A stretch of 64,000 bases of DNA from the NCBI GenBank assembly GCA_964036045.1, contig OZ038378.1, positions 75,826,001 to 75,890,000 of the forward strand. The letters run 5' to 3'. The position numbers and the translations under genes are program-made. The notes beneath the pieces were generated by a model that worked only from the letters and a program-made list of their open reading frames with translations, was not told the origin of the DNA and searched no databases. Source of the DNA: Eutreptiella sp. 'Long Island Sound 2002' (taxonomy: Eukaryota > Protista > Euglenida). This document shows, in pieces, positions 62,301 to 64,000 of the stretch; position 1 is the first letter of the stretch, and each line of letters starts with the position of its first letter.

Positions 62301-62989
62301 CAGACAATGGCGCCCCGGAGTGTAGCCTCCGGGGCGGAGGTAGGTAGGTGCGGATCTTCGGGAGCTCGGGATGCCTCCTTTGACTATGCAGGAAGAAGGT
62401 TCAACCAGGGGCACATCCTGTCCCTCCCACTGCCCTAGTTCAGGTGCCCCTTAAGATGCTCCCGCAGGTGCTTTGGAAGGCAGTGTCGCCGCCACCCAGT
62501 CCAGGTGTCCTGGCCGGGATGGTGTCCCCACATGTGCCCGTGGGTAGGGTCACATGCCAACTCCTTTCCGCGTCAGCTCTGGGGGCTGCCCTGCCGTATG
62601 AGGTATCTCTCACCACAAGTCTACAGTATGATCACCTCACCCCTGTGGCTTGAATTTCGGGGCCTCTCTGGTTGGCAGGTGACCGCCTCCTGGACTGTTT
62701 ATCGCCTCGCCTGTCACCAGCTGCTTCCATTCCTCCGGGTGACATTTGCGATGGTCCCCAATGTGGCTTGGCCGGGCCCGGACCGGCTGTCTTGGGCTAC
62801 CGTCCCTGCTGCTGGCCCGGTTGGTTGGCAGGGTCGCCCTAGTGCGCCCAACTCATGGGGTGTGGTTTGTTGTTTCCCGTCCCTCGTCCGCCATACGTGC
62901 GCACGTGTGTGCAGTGTCCACGGCTGCTTGGTGCCTTGTCACTGTTGTGCGTGCATGGTGTGTTCAGGGTATTCAGTGTGCGGTGTCCT

Positions 62990-64000
62990 GGGCCTCTTGG
63001 CTCCTGTTCATCGGTGTGACCGCTCCGCTCGTTGTGTTGTGTGTGCGGTGTCCTGGGCCACTTGGCTCCTGTTCACTGCTGTACCCGTTCGGTGTGTTGT
63101 GTTGCGTGTGCGGTGTCCTGAGCGACTTGGGAACTGTTCACTGGTGCGCAGGCTCGGTGTGTTGTGCTGTGTGTGCAGTGTCCTGGGCCACTTGGTTCCT
63201 GTTCAGCGGTGTGCTCGCTCGGTGAGTTCTCTTGTGTTTGCGGTGTTCTGGGCCACTTGGCTCCTGTTCACCGGTGTGCCCGCTCCGCGCGTTGTGTTGC
63301 GTGTGCGGTGTCCTGGGCCACTTGGCTCCTGTTCACTGTTGTACCCGTTCGGTGTGTTGTGTTGCGTGTGCAGTGTCCTGTGCGACTTGGGACCTGTTCA
63401 CTGGTGCGCACGCTGGGTGTGTTGTGCTGTGTGTGCAGTGTCCTGGGCCACGTGGTTCCTGTTCACCGGTGTGCCCGCTCGGTGCGTTCTCTTGCATGTG
63501 CGGTGACCTGGGCCACTTGGCTCCTGTTCACCGCTGTGCTCGCTCCGTGCGTTGTGTTGCTTGTGCGGTGTCTGGGACCACTTGGCTCCTGTTCACCAGG
63601 CTGGTCGCTCGATGCGTTGTGTTGCTTGTGCGGTGTCCTTGGCCACTTGGCTCCTCTTCACCTTTGTGCCCCGTCCACTCGTTGTGTTGTGTGTTTGGTG
63701 TCCCTGGCCACTTGGCTCCTGTGCACCGGTCTGCCCCTTCGGTGTGTTGTGTTGTGTGTGCGGTGTCCTTTGCCACTTGGCTCATGTGCACCCGTGTACC
63801 CGTTCAGTGTGTTGTGTTGCGTGTGCGGTGTCTTGGGCCACTTGGTTCCTGTCCACTGGTGTGCCCGCTCGGTGCTTTGTCTTGCGTGTGCGATGTCCTG
63901 GGCCATTTGGCTCCTGTGCACCGGTGTGCCCGCTCGGTGTGTTGTGTTGTGTGTTCGGTGTCCCTGGCCACTTGGCTCCTGTGCACAGGTGTACCAGCTC
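62990..64000. repeat. ~65-bp tandem satellite, about 15 copies, running off the window end
   Basis: Unit gggccacttggctcctgttcaccggtgtgcccgctcggtgtgttgtgttgcgtgtgcggtgtcct. Confidence 0.92.

Noticed and set aside
62990-64000. Regular repeats as a possible CRISPR array
   Set aside because: The whole unit repeats with no unique spacers, there are no cas genes, and the context is eukaryotic.

Overview
This is eukaryotic, transposon-saturated DNA with no confidently intact host gene. An 18-nt match to the euglenid spliced leader (SL) at 13877-13894 points to a euglenid host. Main contents, read by eye without database searches: (1) decayed LINE fragments at 1-7300. (2) A head-to-tail array built from the 3' half of a LINE with a period of about 6.5 kb (7340-35800), interrupted by four insertions. 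(3) One insertion is an SL-headed, intronless retrocopy encoding a CCCH zinc-finger/coiled-coil protein (13877-15973). (4) Another is an 11.3-kb Ty3/Gypsy chromovirus-like LTR element (20055-31354). It has a 5-bp TSD, AG...CT termini, a tRNA-like fold in each LTR, and a Dam-like N6-adenine methyltransferase domain between protease and RT. (5) An RNase H-bearing LINE with a twin-priming-type 5' inversion (39929-42660). (6) A triplicated 1.46-kb unit carrying the 5' part of a coiled-coil ORF. (7) A Naiad/Chlamys-like Penelope RT with no visible endonuclease, followed by a hammerhead-ribozyme-like repeat that has a solo inverted copy. (8) A second Gypsy integrase relic and a 65-bp satellite. The strongest novelty candidates are the methyltransferase- and chromodomain-bearing LTR element and the SL retrocopy.
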